Below, in pieces: positions 9,715 to 21,648 of a stretch of 64,000 nucleotides of DNA (its first letter is position 1; the number at the start of each line of letters is the position of its first letter). Under the pieces are notes generated by a model. It made no database searches. It worked only from the letters and a program-made list of their open reading frames with translations, and was not told where the DNA came from. The position numbers were made by a program, and so were the translations under genes. Source of the stretch: an uncultured Nitrososphaerales archaeon (GTDB lineage Archaea > Thermoproteota > Nitrososphaeria > Nitrososphaerales > Nitrososphaeraceae); the NCBI GenBank assembly GCA_963695855.1, contig CAVOHZ010000010.1:832001-896000 (forward strand), in the 5' to 3' direction.

Positions 9715-11679
9715 AATTATAATGTTATAAAACTAAATCTAATAACTTTATTGTCATGTTTTTTTATTTTTGAAAAAAATCATTTATTTCTAACTTGCTA
9801 AGTATTTTTGTAATATGTAAAGATTTTTGGATTTAGGATTGAGAGTAATTGAATTCAATGTTTCAATAACCATTTCCCTCAACTCTTTAGATAAATAAAT
9901 AAAATATTTATTCCCTTGTAATATCATTAAAGAAGAACGTGTATGAAATATTCTTTTGTATATTTTTATTAGTTCGGATCAACAATTATCCGATATAATG
10001 CTTATCTGGATTAGGCGATTCAATGAACCTCAGAATTCTCATACCCAATTTATAATCATGGGCAAAATAACTTCATTATCTCGATTTGAAAATTGTGCGG
10101 GTTAGGTCCTTTTTTCCATTATGTGAAAAGCACACTTTCAAAATTATCAATTTTTTTTTTAATTTGGCTTTTAATCTTTCGATGATAATTACCTACTAAT
10201 TCTTTATTATGTAATAGCCATTGTAATTCTGTTTTAGTAAATAGCGATGGTTTAACAATTTGGTTATCTCAATTTTCGCTTGCTAATATTTTATCATAGA
10301 TAAAATCAATTTAAGAGAAAAAAATAACAAAGCGACAATAATTTTAGAATGACAATCTGATACTTTAGTATTCTACGACAAAAATATTCTTGTCAGTAAA
10401 CAGATGGTCTTTATAGGTATGCACAGAAAATGAAGGGATATTGTTATCATGTTATGTATGCTGAAGTTGTTATTTGGGATAACTGGTCTTACATTTATCT
10501 TCAGTTTGCTCAATAGCCTGAATACATTTAAAATAGTCATTCCCTGACTTCTGGAAAGATATCGTGAGATTACCTTCATTACGAGAATCAATTCTAGGTC
10601 TACTACTGTCTCCAGTTTGCAATTTTTGTTTATATCTACTCTGATTTTAGAGGTTTCTGGCACAAAACACCCAATTAAAAACCGTATATATACCAAAAGG
10701 CTACCCCTCTATCACATTGCCATAGTTACCAAGCCTTTGTCAAGCAACCTATGCCAGATACTCTAACTTTTTTTACAAGATTTCCGATATATTACATATT
10801 AGGCAAAAAATACCATATTTTAGAATTTTTGAGGTTATTTTACTTTATTTAATATTATTTATGGTCGTAATAGATTAGAAATATCTGGCTTTTCTATATT
10901 TTGGCCTCTTTTCTATATTTTGGCCTACTTAACTCAGCCAAAGTATCTTCAAAGATATAAACAAAGTATTCATAATTTATAGACCGCGTGACTGGATAGA
11001 TATAAACAAAATAAAGCATTTAGAACAATATTTATTTTCATTTATATTGACATAATCACACTTTCGACATTATAAAACTGAGAATTTGGTCTTATTATAT
11101 GCCAATAACAGAGGAATATTTTCTTATCGAGATGACGGGTAACAATTCATTCGCAACTCAATTTGATCCTTCTAATACCACTGCGGATGTTTCGTTGGAT
11201 CCAAGTACTCATGTAATAATGAAACACTTTCTCAAGATTTAGATACTTTGAAACAGCAATTCCCTGATCCACGATTCGTTGATCCGCCATGTTCAACACC
11301 ATTTTTTGAGATTGTATTTAAAGTACTATCTTACGGCAACAGGAACAAGAGGAGCGAGACTATGCCAGATCTGTACTATACAAAACCAATTTGTCGTTCT
11401 GAATGAAGAATGGGATTGGGAAATAATTATCAGGGAAGACTTGGGAACCAGTATACCAATGGAACAGAGCTTTTTTTTCTTTTTTCAATGTTAATTAATC
11501 TGTTACTCTAAGGACGTTGCTACCAACAGCAATAACATGAATACTAGTAAAAGATTTGTTTTAATAATGTGAAAACTCTTTTTTCAGTACCTCCCTTTTA
11601 TCTTTTGGCACCTTATAATAATTTATATTTACATCTCGATTTTGTTTTCTAGTAGGATATATTACATTATATTTAATTA

Positions 11680-12059
11680 AAAATATCTTAATAGTCGATA
11701 ATGATCTTGTTACTTCCTTTAGATACAAGAAATGGTTGAAGAAGAAGGTTTCAATCTAACTTTAATAAACGACCCACAATTAACAGAAAAAAAATTTTAG
11801 ATCTCAAGACTATGATCTTGTTCTTATTGGTTTTAGAATGTCTGTAATGGATGGTTTTGATCTTTATTATAAATTGCTTGAAATATCAAAAAGGGTAGAG
11901 GATACACCTCAAGAATTTAAAATAAGTTTTATAACATCATCACTAATAAATTATAAAGCGTTAGCAGAAATCCATCCAGAATTCGGAGAGGAATGTTATG
12001 TTTCAAAGCAAGATCCAAAAGATATTTTTATAAACCGTATCAATTCCTTGATACCCTGA
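11680..12059 (+). pseudogene. CheY-like response regulator receiver, frameshifted
   Basis: NILIVDND / EEEGF..NDP / YDLVLIGFRMSVMDGFDLY...FITS spread over shifted frames; the phospho-acceptor Asp is replaced by Gly. Confidence 0.7.
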
Positions 12060-12781
12060 ATAACCCATTTCTTATTTTTTAACTCTTCAATATCTTCTAT
12101 GGTATACAGTAAATAATTTGAGGTATCCGAAGATGATGTATGTAACAACATAAGTATGACACTAATGACATCATTGTATATCGTTTCTACCTTTAAAGTA
12201 CCAATAAAAACTAGTGTTCCAGCATCATAGTAAAAACAATTTAACTTAAAACCTGCAGATATATTAGATTAGTATATGCATATACATAATACGTTCTCCT
12301 GATATTATCAAATACTGTAGCATCGTTACCAATATGATAACATTCTCTAATAACCAAGCAAACCCTCTACCCAGTCATAGGTACCAAGACAATGAGATGT
12401 TATTACAGGGATTCACAGATGATAAATTTCATGATGAGTATTGTTCAACATCTGCGGAATATCTTCTAGAAATGTAAACAAAAGAGTACTGGTAGCACCA
12501 CGTTGTCTTGTTCTAACAATATTATTATTTAGTGATAAAAAATGATGGTGAGCAAAGTAAAGAAGAAATCAAAAATTTGACAGAACGTGATAAAATAAAA
12601 GAAGATGCATTACTATATTTGTAAGATCAAATATTGAATCGGATAGAAAATTTAGAGAATAAGAGAAATGAGATCTCTAGAATATATCAAAAATAAATTT
12701 CAATAATAGTGTCAACAACAATATTTGCATTAGTAAAGATCACTGCTACGCAAGTGACAAAAAATATCTTTATTTGACGTA

Positions 12782-13432
12782 CTACTTACCAAAGTCTCGA
12801 TAGTCTTCTAAAACAAAGTCAAAATTAGCAAATTTTGTTCCATTTTTATCAACAATTTTCATTATTAATGGCTCTTTTACAAAGATATCCATATTTGGGT
12901 CTCCTTCAAAATATAATTGACTAACCAATGAGGGATTACCAGGGTTTTCAGGAATCCATGCCTTTACATGTATATGCGCAGGCCTAATAATATTTCCTTG
13001 AGAATAACTTCCAGGGAGTATAGTATCTAGTGTATAGTTTCCATTCTCATCAGAAATAACTTTGCCTCTTAGATTAAAATCCTTATTGTCGTACTTTCCT
13101 TTAGAATCTGCTTGCCAAAAATCTAAAACGACACCATTTACTGGATGGCAGTCAGGAAAACTCATGACTTTCCCAGTAACTACTAACCTTTCTCCTTCCA
13201 TTTCTCCGACAAACTCTTTTCCTTCTTTGATTGGTGCACCTTCTTTATAGTATGGTCCTTGTACTGTCGGAAGGGTTAGTTCACAAGATGGATTTATTTC
13301 GTTCATTTTGGCGTCATCTGATGAAGTGTTACTATTTTGAGCAAAAGAGTCAGAATATGACAAGACAGAAAAGAAAAGAGTAATTATAATCGAAAATATA
13401 ACTCTAGTTTTTAAACTATTGATCTTTAACAT
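12782..13432 (-). CDS. Secreted intradiol ring-cleavage dioxygenase family protein
   Basis: Signal peptide; GPYY, DFWQADSKGKY, LRG, PGSY and RPAHIH supply the 2 Tyr + 2 His iron ligands. Confidence 0.9.
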   Translation of the reverse strand: MLKINSLKTRVIFSIIITLFFSVLSYSDSFAQNSNTSSDDAKMNEINPSCELTLPTVQGPYYKEGAPIKEGKEFVGEMEGERLVVTGKVMSFPDCHPVNGVVLDFWQADSKGKYDNKDFNLRGKVISDENGNYTLDTILPGSYSQGNIIRPAHIHVKAWIPENPGNPSLVSQLYFEGDPNMDIFVKEPLIMKIVDKNGTKFANFDFVLEDYRDFGK

Positions 13433-13818
13433 CTGTTTGTAAAGGATACATTCAATTTATAAAAGTATTGTAACAATCCACTCACAACAATATTGAATTT
13501 ACTAATCATCTGAAAATTCAAGACAATATGAATCTGCCATTATAAATCGATTATTACTTAACTAAATAAACAAATGTTTATGGTGTGGGGACAATTGATA
13601 ATAAAATTTAATCGCTAATAGATATACCAGGTATTTACTAAACAATGAGTTGAACTATCTTGTTGATATGTTTAAAGACTAATTTGAAATTGATCTTTTG
13701 ACGAATTGCTAAGTGTCTAACTGAAATTTTTAGAGAAAATTTATGATATTACTTAAATTCTAAATTCAAAAATATAACACTAGTGTAAAATTATCTCATT
13801 TAAGTGCTTATATATACA

Positions 13819-14241
13819 TCAAATTTGATCAATTCCACTTATTTTATTTTCTATAATTTTTTCAATTTCCTTCAATTGATTACTGTTAATCAATATATCA
13901 GCTTTACTCTGACTATCGATGTCTTCTATACGTGTACTTCCTCTAGGTAGATCTTCTAATACATTTACTGCAGAAGTTTCGGCTGCAATTTGTGATTGTG
14001 CTAATACTATTGATGCTTGATTTAGATCTGCATTACTTAGATCTGCATTACTTAGCATTGATGATTGATTATTAATAAAAAGAACTCTGAAATTTTCTGG
14101 GAGATATGATAATAGAGAATCTCGTTGTTGACCTGTAACAAATGACTCTGATAACATTAAGTGTATAGATAAAATAGCTAAAATAAAAATCAAAAAGAAT
14201 GATAATAAATTTAAATTTGTAAACACTTTGTTGTTTACCAT
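13819..14241 (-). CDS. Exported hypothetical protein
   Basis: N-terminal hydrophobic helix; LSNAD x2 from a 15-bp repeat. Confidence 0.5.
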   Translation of the reverse strand: MVNNKVFTNLNLLSFFLIFILAILSIHLMLSESFVTGQQRDSLLSYLPENFRVLFINNQSSMLSNADLSNADLNQASIVLAQSQIAAETSAVNVLEDLPRGSTRIEDIDSQSKADILINSNQLKEIEKIIENKISGIDQI

Positions 14242-15401
14242 ACATTCAAAAGCATTTTATACTATATATATAGGTAAACTTTTAGAGTTTAAAGTTCTTT
14301 ATTTTTGAATTTCTTTCACGTCTTTTATAGATCTCGCTATGTTTGTTTTATTATTAATCCGACAAGATTTCATTGGATTGTTCAACTGCTAGTTTGAGCG
14401 CTCCTATTGCTTATAGAACGTCTAAACTCCTCTTTCCTTGTGATTAGATCTTCTTTATCTCTGTTGCTAACAGGATGTGATCAATTTTGAATAGTATTTC
14501 TGATTTAACGACGTTCTTATCGATAAATGATTTAATTGATATCAGAACTCGCTTTTTTATTATTTGAAGATATTTGCCACTTTTAGAAGCTATTGCTCCA
14601 CATACTCTCTTTTTAACATAATTGCTAATACGGTATGTACAGAATCAGATGGTAAAACAGTATAAACGATTTTCGTCATATATATTATTTACATCCATTA
14701 AATTACGTTCATTACGATTTTACAAAAAGGTACTAATCTAAAATTTGATAAATAAAGAATTAAAATATTTGTTTAATGACTGTTTTTATGAGATTCTTTT
14801 AGTTGGTCGGATGCTACTGGTATCAGTTTATACTTTATTATCCTCATATCATAATTCTGCCCGACGTCACTATAGATCAGAATTTTAACTTTATGAATAG
14901 ATCCGAGATTTTACAGGATTTTATGCAAAGCTTATGATCCAGAAATATTCTAAAAATGACAGCAGATGATTTCAATATTTGCAGGCAAGTTTATCACAAT
15001 AAAAAATCAAATAGCCAAACTGAATTATATCAAGATTTTATAAAGTAATGATACATTTTCAAAAGACGATACTTGCTTTTCTGAGAGAGGTTTCCAGGTG
15101 GCTTGACTTTATGAAAAAATATTGTGTTTCTTTATGTGAATCTAATGTTGTTCAAGGACAAGTTTTCTAAGCACCATACTTCATTAATTTTTATTTTTTT
15201 CAGGATGACCGCGGTATTGATATTGGATTCTTTTTAAATATTAGGTTCTATAAAAAAATTTTAGAGCGTCTTGCAATGTGAATTTTGCTTTAGATCATAA
15301 AACAAAACACAATTGTTAAGCAGTTCAACTGATTGTCAAGAAAGCGTATGCTCTCTTAAGGAAGTTCAATAAAATGGCAGTTCAAAATAATAAAAAAAAG
15401 G

Positions 15402-15518
15402 TTAGGCATTTATAATAATTGGTTTTTCTTCCTTTTCTGTGTAATCTTCTTCTTGCTTTTTAACCAATTTCTTGTATTTTAGTTCAATTTTCTCTGGTAT
15501 TTCGTAATCGAAACACAT
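15402..15518 (-). CDS. Small protein MCFDYEIPEKIELKYKKLVKKQEEDYTEKEEKPIIINA (38 aa)
   Basis: Clean ATG-TAA ORF with an upstream TATA-like AT tract and a downstream T-run on the coding strand. Confidence 0.5.
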   Translation of the reverse strand: MCFDYEIPEKIELKYKKLVKKQEEDYTEKEEKPIIINA

Positions 15519-16379
15519 GCAAATATACTTGAACTTCGTTTCTAATAAATATTATATTATTCAGCTTGATTTATACCAGTTCTTTTATCTGTCTGCTTTG
15601 TTATGACCTTCAAAATTCATTATAGGCTTTGACAGCTTTTGATGGTCTCTCTATTGACGTTGAATCTTTGGATGTAAATTTTTAGTCAAGTCGTCTTGTG
15701 TATTAATTGAAAAAATATATGTACAATTCATCTTAATTTAATTGAAAGGAAAATATGGTATTATACGTCGATATTTGTCATTCCGTTTCTGTCTGTAGTC
15801 TTAATATACATCATATTGTCTAATACAAAGTCAGCAGCTTAGAGACTATCCGAAAGTTAAAAATGCGTATTTTATTGGCAAAATATACCGATTAAATGGT
15901 TTTCATCTATACTACAGATAGTTATTTTAGTGAAAGTTATTTATGTCAAAGATAATGATACGATTTGTATTAGATCTATATGTTCTGCAAATAAGCAGAA
16001 CATTAAAAGATCAGTGTTACAAACGTAGTAAGACAGAAAGTCAAAAAAATGGCAGAATACTAAAAAATATCATCATTATCGTAATTGTGGCAATAATCCT
16101 AACTGATCTTTTCTCATCGGATACTACCGGTAACATTGCAACCTCATGTTAATGATATTTCGTATTAGAACGTGAAGTTTACGCAAATAAAATAATAAAT
16201 TCAGATATTCATAATTGACCCAATAAACTTCAAGATTATGAATTAGTAAATATTTCTTTAAAAATAAAAACTTGATGAAATCAGCGTTAACGAAAAGAAT
16301 TGATACATTAGTATAAAATTATCTTAATATTTTTTCACAGTATTGTGACTATACATTAAATCTGTATCAGTATCGAAAT

Positions 16380-16604
16380 TCAATTTAATTGTCCACTCTC
16401 AAACCAAAATTTAAATTCATCAAATGTCGGTTTTTTATCTTTACTGGCAACTAAATTTAGATGATAGAGCACATAGTTTATCTTTTCAATTGTCTTTTTA
16501 TTATCATCAATAATTTCTTCTGCAACTTCTAAAGATTTCTTTCGTAAATCAGAAGGGAGGCTGGTTCACCATTCGGCAAATGTTCTTTTTCTCATGTTTG
16601 TCAT
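16380..16604 (-). pseudogene. Small hypothetical protein with in-frame TGA
   Basis: MTNMRKRTFAEW*TSLPSDLRKK...KPTFDEFKFWFESGQLN; TGA at 16566-16568 is probably a TGG>TGA change. Confidence 0.55.
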
Positions 16605-17132
16605 AACTAATTGTTTACTAGATGATTTAAAAAATTTTTGATAAAGATTTATCTATCAATATAATATACTAATATAATTTTATTATTATATATACAAGAA
16701 ATAATCTTTATACAAAATATTATTACAGATATTTTGTTAATTAAGAGAAATTATGAATAATTTACTTTTATACATGTTATTTTATGTTATTTTTTTGAGC
16801 TAAAACCTTCACATGAATTTTTTTGATAAGGTTATATTTTTGATAAATTTTATTTGATTTTTTATCATAAATTCACTGCTTGAATCTACCTAATGTGCAA
16901 CAAGATTTTCTATCTAAATTAATATAATTATAGAATTGCAAATAATTTATTAATAATCTTATACTCGCAACATTCCAGATCATTCTCCTGTTGAAGACTT
17001 GCTTATTTCATAATGTACCTAAACATATTTTTTTATCTATGTTAGTATCATTAAATCAGAATATTGAATTAGTAAAAATTTATTTAATGATCTGTCCTAG
17101 CTCAGATATATTTAATCGAGTAACAAGAAATA

Positions 17133-18341
17133 ATGAATAGACAAAAAAACAAAACGATCAGTTTTGTTCTAATGATCATAGCAGCAGCGAGTATAACGGG
17201 TCTAGTGGCTCCGTCATTAGGCACAGATGTACAAGCAGAAAGGGATGGAGACGAATATAAGTCTAATTACAACGATGACAGACAAAAATCATATTACAAC
17301 GATGACAGACAAAAATCATATTACAACGATGACAGACAAAAATCATATTACAACGATGACAGACAAAAATCATATTACAACGATGACAGACAAAAATCAT
17401 ATTACAACGATGACAGACAAAAATCATATTACAACGATGACAGACAAAAATCATATTACAACGATGACAGACAAAAATCATATTACAACGATGACAGACA
17501 AAAATCATATTACAACGACAATTATGCAAGCAATGAATATGCAAAATATTTTGATCCAAAAGATAAAAATGTAAAAGTAGAGGTAATTAAATGTGATAAC
17601 GCGATAACAAACATATTTGATGCAGATCAAGAGCAGAGCCAATTTCAAATACCTGTAAACGTTGGCATCGGTGGACTTGGAGCAACAGAAGCTGAGGAAG
17701 GCGCAACAGCAGCAGGTGGACAGGATGAAAATAAATTTGCTCAATTAAGCATTGACAAGAATACAGTTGTATGGTGTAAAAGCGAAAATAAGTATAAGGT
17801 CGATGTTGATTTAATACAAGGACAAGGCCAATCTAGCGAGCAAAATACTGGTGATGGATTGCAAAGCAACACTAACACCATAGAAGATCAATCAGAAAGG
17901 GAACATAACAATTACGAGTCTAAATACAAAGATAGCTATGGAAAGGATGGATATAACAATTACGAGTCTAAATACAAAGATAGCTATGGAAAGGATGGAT
18001 ATAACAATTACGAGTCTAAATACAAAGATAGCTATGGAAAGGATGGATATAACAATTACGAGTCTAAATACAAAGATAGCTATGGAGAGGATGGATATAA
18101 CAATTACGAGTCTAAATACAAAGATAGCTATGGAAAGGATTCTAAATACAAAGATAGCTATGGAAAGGATTCTAAATACAAAGATAGCTATGGAAAGGAT
18201 TCTAAATACAAAGATAGCTATGGAAAGGATTCTAAATACAAAGATAGCTATGGAGAGGATGAATATAAAAAACATTATGACCGAGAAGATAGCAAATATC
18301 GAGAAGATAGCAAATATTATGATTATGACCAAGAAGACTAA
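17133..18341 (+). CDS. Secreted Tyr/Asp/Lys-rich tandem-repeat protein
   Basis: Signal peptide, then 9-aa, 16-aa and 10-aa repeats flanking a core with two Cys. Confidence 0.8.
   Translation: MNRQKNKTISFVLMIIAAASITGLVAPSLGTDVQAERDGDEYKSNYNDDRQKSYYNDDRQKSYYNDDRQKSYYNDDRQKSYYNDDRQKSYYNDDRQKSYYNDDRQKSYYNDDRQKSYYNDDRQKSYYNDNYASNEYAKYFDPKDKNVKVEVIKCDNAITNIFDADQEQSQFQIPVNVGIGGLGATEAEEGATAAGGQDENKFAQLSIDKNTVVWCKSENKYKVDVDLIQGQGQSSEQNTGDGLQSNTNTIEDQSEREHNNYESKYKDSYGKDGYNNYESKYKDSYGKDGYNNYESKYKDSYGKDGYNNYESKYKDSYGEDGYNNYESKYKDSYGKDSKYKDSYGKDSKYKDSYGKDSKYKDSYGKDSKYKDSYGEDEYKKHYDREDSKYREDSKYYDYDQED
17267..17520 (+). repeat. 27-bp perfect coding tandem repeat, about 9.4 copies (YNDDRQKSY)
   Basis: TTACAACGATGACAGACAAAAATCATA repeated with no spacers. 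Confidence 0.95.
17905..18260 (+). repeat. 48-bp (x5) then 30-bp (x4) coding tandem repeats
   Basis: YNNYESKYKDSYGKDG units followed by truncated SKYKDSYGKD units. Confidence 0.95.
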
Positions 18342-19064
18342 TCAAAGCGAATGAAAGTAAAAGAAGTCACATAAAAATATTTTTTTCTTAAATATTTTTT
18401 TCTTTTTTAACGAATTACTATTGATCAAAAGTAATCATTCTCAACATCTATTCTTTTTCACATGAATAATTCTGAATGTTAAATATTAAACTACTTTTAA
18501 TGTTTCTCCTAGCCAGGATAAATTAAGAACATAAATAACTAACTAACTAATGGACAAACAGACTAGAGACGGACTAGAAATAACACATGGTCTTCACTAT
18601 TATTTGATGTCTCGAGTACAAGAATAAATGTATAAGATGAAACCCGAAAATATAGATGAAATTTTTCCTAAATTTCAGCAATTACTCCCAGATGCCTTCT
18701 GTAAGCAACTTAATTCATATCATATATCAAAGATAGATCTTTCAAAGTTTGACGAACGTTTAATTAAGACACTTCAGCATGAGAATCCCAAACATACAAT
18801 ATAATATATCTAATTGAGATAAAGAATGAGGGTACTCTCAGGAGATTAATGAATAAGTGCCCAGCAAAGGATTTTATAAATTCATGAATAAAAATCGAAA
18901 AAACATCATTCTTTTTTACCTTTTCAAATTAGGCAATCAATCAATCTATTATTGTGTTGATAATACTATTTATTTGCACTGTTGCGTTAATTTTGCCCCT
19001 ATTTTGAGATAATTTATATCTAGACGTATAATTTAAATTCAAAAATTTCTATATTTTCAATAAA

Positions 19065-19505
19065 ATGATTGGATCAGACATAGTTACTAAATATATTACA
19101 TTGTCTTCTAGAGGCGAAAATGATATTATTGATATTACAAGTAATGTAGACGAGTTATTATTAGAAAGTCGATTGAAAAATGGCATTGTGACACTTTTTG
19201 TCATTGGTTCTACGGCAGCAATAACTACCATAGAGTACGAACCTGGTCTGAGGAAGGATTTTCCAAGAATGTTGGAACGAATAGCATCCAAAGATATTGA
19301 ATATGAACATGAGAATACATGGCATGATGACAACGGACATGCACATGTAAGAGCGTCGTTAATTGGTCCTAGTTTAACTATACCTTTCGTTGATGGTAAA
19401 GTTACCCTTGGAACTTGGCAGCAGATTGTTTTACTAGAATTGGATACAAGAAGTAGAAATAGGAAAATTGTAGTTCAGTTAATTGGAAGTGCATCTCCTA
19501 AATAA
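19065..19505 (+). CDS. yjbQ: UPF0047/YjbQ family protein
   Basis: GSTAAITTIEYEPGL, NGHAHVRASLIG and LGTWQQI motifs. Confidence 0.9.
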   Translation: MIGSDIVTKYITLSSRGENDIIDITSNVDELLLESRLKNGIVTLFVIGSTAAITTIEYEPGLRKDFPRMLERIASKDIEYEHENTWHDDNGHAHVRASLIGPSLTIPFVDGKVTLGTWQQIVLLELDTRSRNRKIVVQLIGSASPK

Positions 19506-19657
19506 AATTTCTTCTAACTTTATTTTGGATCTTTAGATAATGATTTTTTTTCTTCCCGATCTCTTTATACTTTAATGCGAGATAAAAATATGAATTTACA
19601 TCTTTTGTTCAATTATATCCTCTCCCCCTTATCCAAGAGTATTACACAATTTATCTA

Positions 19658-20629
19658 TTGTCAGTACGAAAACTTTTCATGAGCCTATGGTATGACAATT
19701 CTGCACCTGCGATCTCCGGTAGGGAAGGGAAATCACTCCTTCACAATTTCTTTGTTTACGGGAAAGAAGGATTGACCATTAATCCATATCAGGGATGTCA
19801 TCATAGATGTGGGTATTGTTACGCAACTTATGACTGGTCTCCAAAGTTCTTCGATCATATCTATGCAAAAATAAATGCTGCAGATCTGTTGTATGAAGAA
19901 ATTAGAAAAAGGAAAATCAAGATTTCTCACCCTGTAATGATTTCCTCTGCAACGGATGCCTATCAACCAGCCGAGTTAAAGTACTCTATAACGCGACAAT
20001 GTGTACAAGTATTACAGAAATTTGAAATTCCATATTACATTTTTACCAAGTCTATAATTATTGAGAGAGATTTGGAGTTGCACAAACAATATTCTGATAA
20101 ATGTTTCATAGTGTGGTCAATTACTACTTGCAATGAGGAAGTAAAAAGAATAATCGAACCAGGCACTCCTACATTTGACTCTTTATTTAAGGTAATCGAA
20201 AAATTCACAAAGTCTGAAATCCAGTGTGTCGTTAATATTGATCCTATTCTACCTCTAATTACTGATTCAAAATGCGACCTAGAAAAAATTTTAGATACCG
20301 CTGTCACCAGTGGTGTCAAATTTATCAGTAGCGCAATTTTGAAGCTTAAATCCGACATTTGGGAGAGATTAAAGTCTATCCTGGACCTTCTGAAGATGTC
20401 GGATGCAAAAAAACAATATGAACAAATTTACAACATTAAAGAACCGATAAAAGTAAAGAACAGTTTGAACGCCGAAAATAAATATTCATACAGAATTTTA
20501 AACATGTTGATGAGAGAATGCGATAAAAGAGATCTGAAATATGGGTTTCCCAATCTGCCACTTGAGAAAAATGGTTATTCATCTGCAGATAATTTAAAAA
20601 TGGTTACTCTTTTCGATTTCATAAGGTAA
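19658..20629 (+). CDS. Radical SAM protein, spore photoproduct lyase-like family
   Basis: NPYQGCHHRCGYCYA (CxxxCxxC), SSATDAYQPAE, TKS and IEPG motifs. Confidence 0.85.
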   Translation: MSVRKLFMSLWYDNSAPAISGREGKSLLHNFFVYGKEGLTINPYQGCHHRCGYCYATYDWSPKFFDHIYAKINAADLLYEEIRKRKIKISHPVMISSATDAYQPAELKYSITRQCVQVLQKFEIPYYIFTKSIIIERDLELHKQYSDKCFIVWSITTCNEEVKRIIEPGTPTFDSLFKVIEKFTKSEIQCVVNIDPILPLITDSKCDLEKILDTAVTSGVKFISSAILKLKSDIWERLKSILDLLKMSDAKKQYEQIYNIKEPIKVKNSLNAENKYSYRILNMLMRECDKRDLKYGFPNLPLEKNGYSSADNLKMVTLFDFIR

Positions 20630-20711
20630 CAAACAAAAAAGCCACCTGAATTTGTATGTGAAAAAGCGTTAATAAAGCATAAAATAGCAGATAATTAATA
20701 TAAAATAATTA

Positions 20712-21281
20712 TTGAAGTCATATAACATAGATAACTTTCAATGTATGTTGATTATATTATCGGTTTCATTAATCTTGACTTTAGGTAATATAGGAATTTT
20801 AAACGAGGCACTAGCTCAAAGTTTTATTACCTATGACAATAGTAAAATGAGATTTAGCCTCATGTATCCATCTAATTGGCAGATGGAAGAACATTTTAAT
20901 GGTTTTGTTACTTTTACTGCTCCAATTGAAGATTATACACAAAAACGGTTTCCAGCAGGACTAGGAATTTTCCCCCTAACTTTGCAATCACAAAACATAT
21001 CTCTGACAACACTAAAAAATGTTAATCTTAAGAATTTAACCAGCAACCTTAAAGAATTTCAATTGTTGAGAGCTAATCAAATTATTCTTCCAGGAAATTA
21101 TCCCGCACAGCAGATAGTTTTCACTGCACTCGATGGGGATGAAATCAGAAAATCGATGCAAATTATTGTTAAAAATCAAGACAAAGCATATCTTATTACA
21201 TACAAAGCTGATTTGAACAAGTATGACAGTTATTTACAAACGATTCAAAAAATCCTTGAAACTCTTGTCTTGACAAAATGA
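20712..21281 (+). CDS. Exported PsbP-like protein
   Basis: Signal peptide; FSLMYPSNW and KAYLITY...Y...IQKILET motifs. Confidence 0.7.
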   Translation: MKSYNIDNFQCMLIILSVSLILTLGNIGILNEALAQSFITYDNSKMRFSLMYPSNWQMEEHFNGFVTFTAPIEDYTQKRFPAGLGIFPLTLQSQNISLTTLKNVNLKNLTSNLKEFQLLRANQIILPGNYPAQQIVFTALDGDEIRKSMQIIVKNQDKAYLITYKADLNKYDSYLQTIQKILETLVLTK

Positions 21282-21303
21282 TTTTTCTCTATATTCTCCC
21301 GAA

Positions 21304-21609
21304 TTGAAGTATATTAAATTACTATACTACTTTATTACTCCTAGAAATAAATATTTAAGATTTGGTTTGATTATCTTGGTAACATTCTCAATATTAGCTA
21401 TCTATCTGAACTTCCAAGGTATGACTTGTCTTAAACAACTAGCCCCTTATTATAGTTCTAACATTGGTGATGCTAAAATCAAATCAATTGAATCTCTAGA
21501 AATGAATTGTTTTATTGTTACTAATTCTTATGTGTATTCCATCTTTGGTATAATTATTGGCATTATATTGATATTAGTTTACTTTTTCAAAATCAAAAAA
21601 AGAAAATAG
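21304..21609 (+). CDS. Small two-TM membrane protein
   Basis: Two hydrophobic helices with a Cys pair in the loop. Confidence 0.55.
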   Translation: MKYIKLLYYFITPRNKYLRFGLIILVTFSILAIYLNFQGMTCLKQLAPYYSSNIGDAKIKSIESLEMNCFIVTNSYVYSIFGIIIGIILILVYFFKIKKRK

Positions 21610-21648
21610 ATGTCTTTAACTTTGATTTTTCATTTTATTATGTGCTTT

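Noticed and set aside
10889-10926. 19-bp tandem duplication
   Set aside because: Two copies in decayed DNA; most likely slippage
16566-16568. In-frame TGA as selenocysteine, given the SelB-like gene
   Set aside because: The context implies Trp (TGG>TGA); the SelB-like protein lacks a canonical G domain and no SECIS is evident
17267-18260. Possible CRISPR array
   Set aside because: Units are contiguous with no unique spacers, lengths are multiples of 3 within a signal-peptide ORF, and no cas genes are present
17227-18354. Alternative-frame repeat ORFs (ITTMTDKNH, CNMIFVCHR, IAIFVFR)
   Set aside because: Shadows of the coding tandem repeats
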